Part shown: positions 62,650-64,000 of the stretch, in pieces
How the letters are laid out: every line of letters starts with the position of its first letter
How positions within the stretch are numbered: position 1 is the first letter of the stretch
NCBI RefSeq assembly: GCF_030028105.1
Contig: NC_092371.1
Span: forward strand, 10,080,181 to 10,144,180
From: Mobula birostris
Taxonomy: Eukaryota
Length of the DNA: 64,000 bases
Direction: 5' to 3'
Notes under the pieces: generated by a model
Database searches by the model: none
What the model was told of the DNA's origin: nothing
Seen by the model: the letters and a program-made list of their open reading frames with translations, nothing else
Translations under genes and position numbers: made by a program

Positions 62650-63925
62650 TTATCCATCACCAGCCCAGCCTCTAGAACACCTTTATCCCTCACCATCCCA
62701 GAAACCTCTAGAACACCATTCTTCATCATCAGCCCAGCTTCTAGAACACTGTTCTTCATCACCAGCCCAGCAGGCTCTAGAACACCCTTATCCACCACCA
62801 GGCCAGCAGACTCCAGAACACCTTTATCCATCACCGTCCCAGAATTCTCTAGAACACCATTCTTCTTCACCAGCTCAGCAGGCTCTAGAACACCCTTATC
62901 CATCACCATCCCAGAAGCCTCTAGAACACCATTCTTCATTACCAGCCCAGCCTCTAGAACACCGTTCTTCATCACCAGCCCAGCAGGCTCTAGAACACTT
63001 TTATCCATCACCAGCTCAACAGACTCTAGAACTCCATTCTTCATCACCAGCCCAGCCTCTAGAACACCCTTATCCATCACCATCCCAGAAGCCTCTAGAA
63101 CACCATTCTTCATTACCAGCCCAGCCTCTAGAACACCGTTCTTCATAACCAACCCAGCAGGCTCTAGAACACCTTATCCGTCACCAGCCCAGCCTCTAGA
63201 ACACCTTTATCCATCACCATCCCAGAATCCCCTAGAACACCGTTCTTCATCACCAGCCCAGAAGGCTCTAGAACACCTTTATCCATCACCAGCCCAGCAG
63301 GCTCTAGAGCACCTTTATCCATCAACAGACTCTAGAACCCCTTTATCCATCACCATCCCAGAAGCCTCTAGAACACCTTATCAGTCACCAGCCCAGCCTC
63401 TAGAACACCTTTATCCATCACCATCCCAGAATCCTCTAGAACACCATTCTTCATCACCAGCCCAGCAGACTCTAGAACACCCCTATCCATCACAAGCCCA
63501 GAATCCTCTAGAACACAGTTCTTCATCACCAGCCCAGCAGGCTCTAGAACATCTTTATCCTTCACCAGCCCGGCAGACTCTAGAACACCTTTATCTATCA
63601 GCAGCAGACTCTAGAACACCTTTATCCATCACCAGCCCAACAGACTCTAGAACACCTTTATCCATCACCAGCCCAGCAGACTCTAGAACACCTTTATGCA
63701 TCACCAGCCCAGCAGACTGTAGAACACCTTTATCCATCACCAGCCCAGCAGACTCTAGAACACCTTTATCTATCACCAACCCAGCAGACTCTAGAACACT
63801 TTTATCTATCACCAGCCCGGAAGCCTCAAGAACACCATTATCCATCACCAACCCAGAAGGCTCTAGAACACTATTCTTCATCACCAGCCTAGCAGGCTCT
63901 AGAACCCCTTTATTCATCACTGGCC
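62650..63925. repeat. 36/33-bp minisatellite (ctctagaacacctttatccatcaccagcccagcaga)n in a CREB3L4 intron
   Basis: Directly visible; tctaga in most units. Confidence 0.95.
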
Positions 63926-64000
63926 TGACAGCCTGTCCTGTTACCACCATAGTCCGTGTGCAAAAATAAAAGCCTGCCCCACACATCTCATGAGACCACA

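Overview
Vertebrate genomic DNA, most likely a cartilaginous fish (the repeat content suggests a ray; this is inference). Three spliced genes are present in the conserved order CRTC2(-) / SLC39A1(-) / CREB3L4(+): CRTC2 coding exons 1-3, the complete 3-exon SLC39A1 (ZIP1) CDS of about 310 aa, and five coding exons of CREB3L4 up to the bZIP basic region. SLC39A1 and CREB3L4 are head-to-head across a CpG-rich promoter. Most remaining sequence is decayed LINEs (Rex1/Babar, CR1, RTE), Penelope-like element (PLE) ends, SINEs and minisatellites. Points worth follow-up: a U12 AT-AC minor-intron donor in CRTC2; several minimal hammerhead-ribozyme motifs in PLE-derived hairpins; a PNMA-type-gag Gypsy element (tRNA-Pro PBS, PPT) broken by nested LINE insertions; exon-like segments of a possible unannotated gene between CRTC2 and SLC39A1; and a CpG-decayed coding-like remnant antisense in a CREB3L4 intron. 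All family assignments are by eye from motifs; no database search was run.
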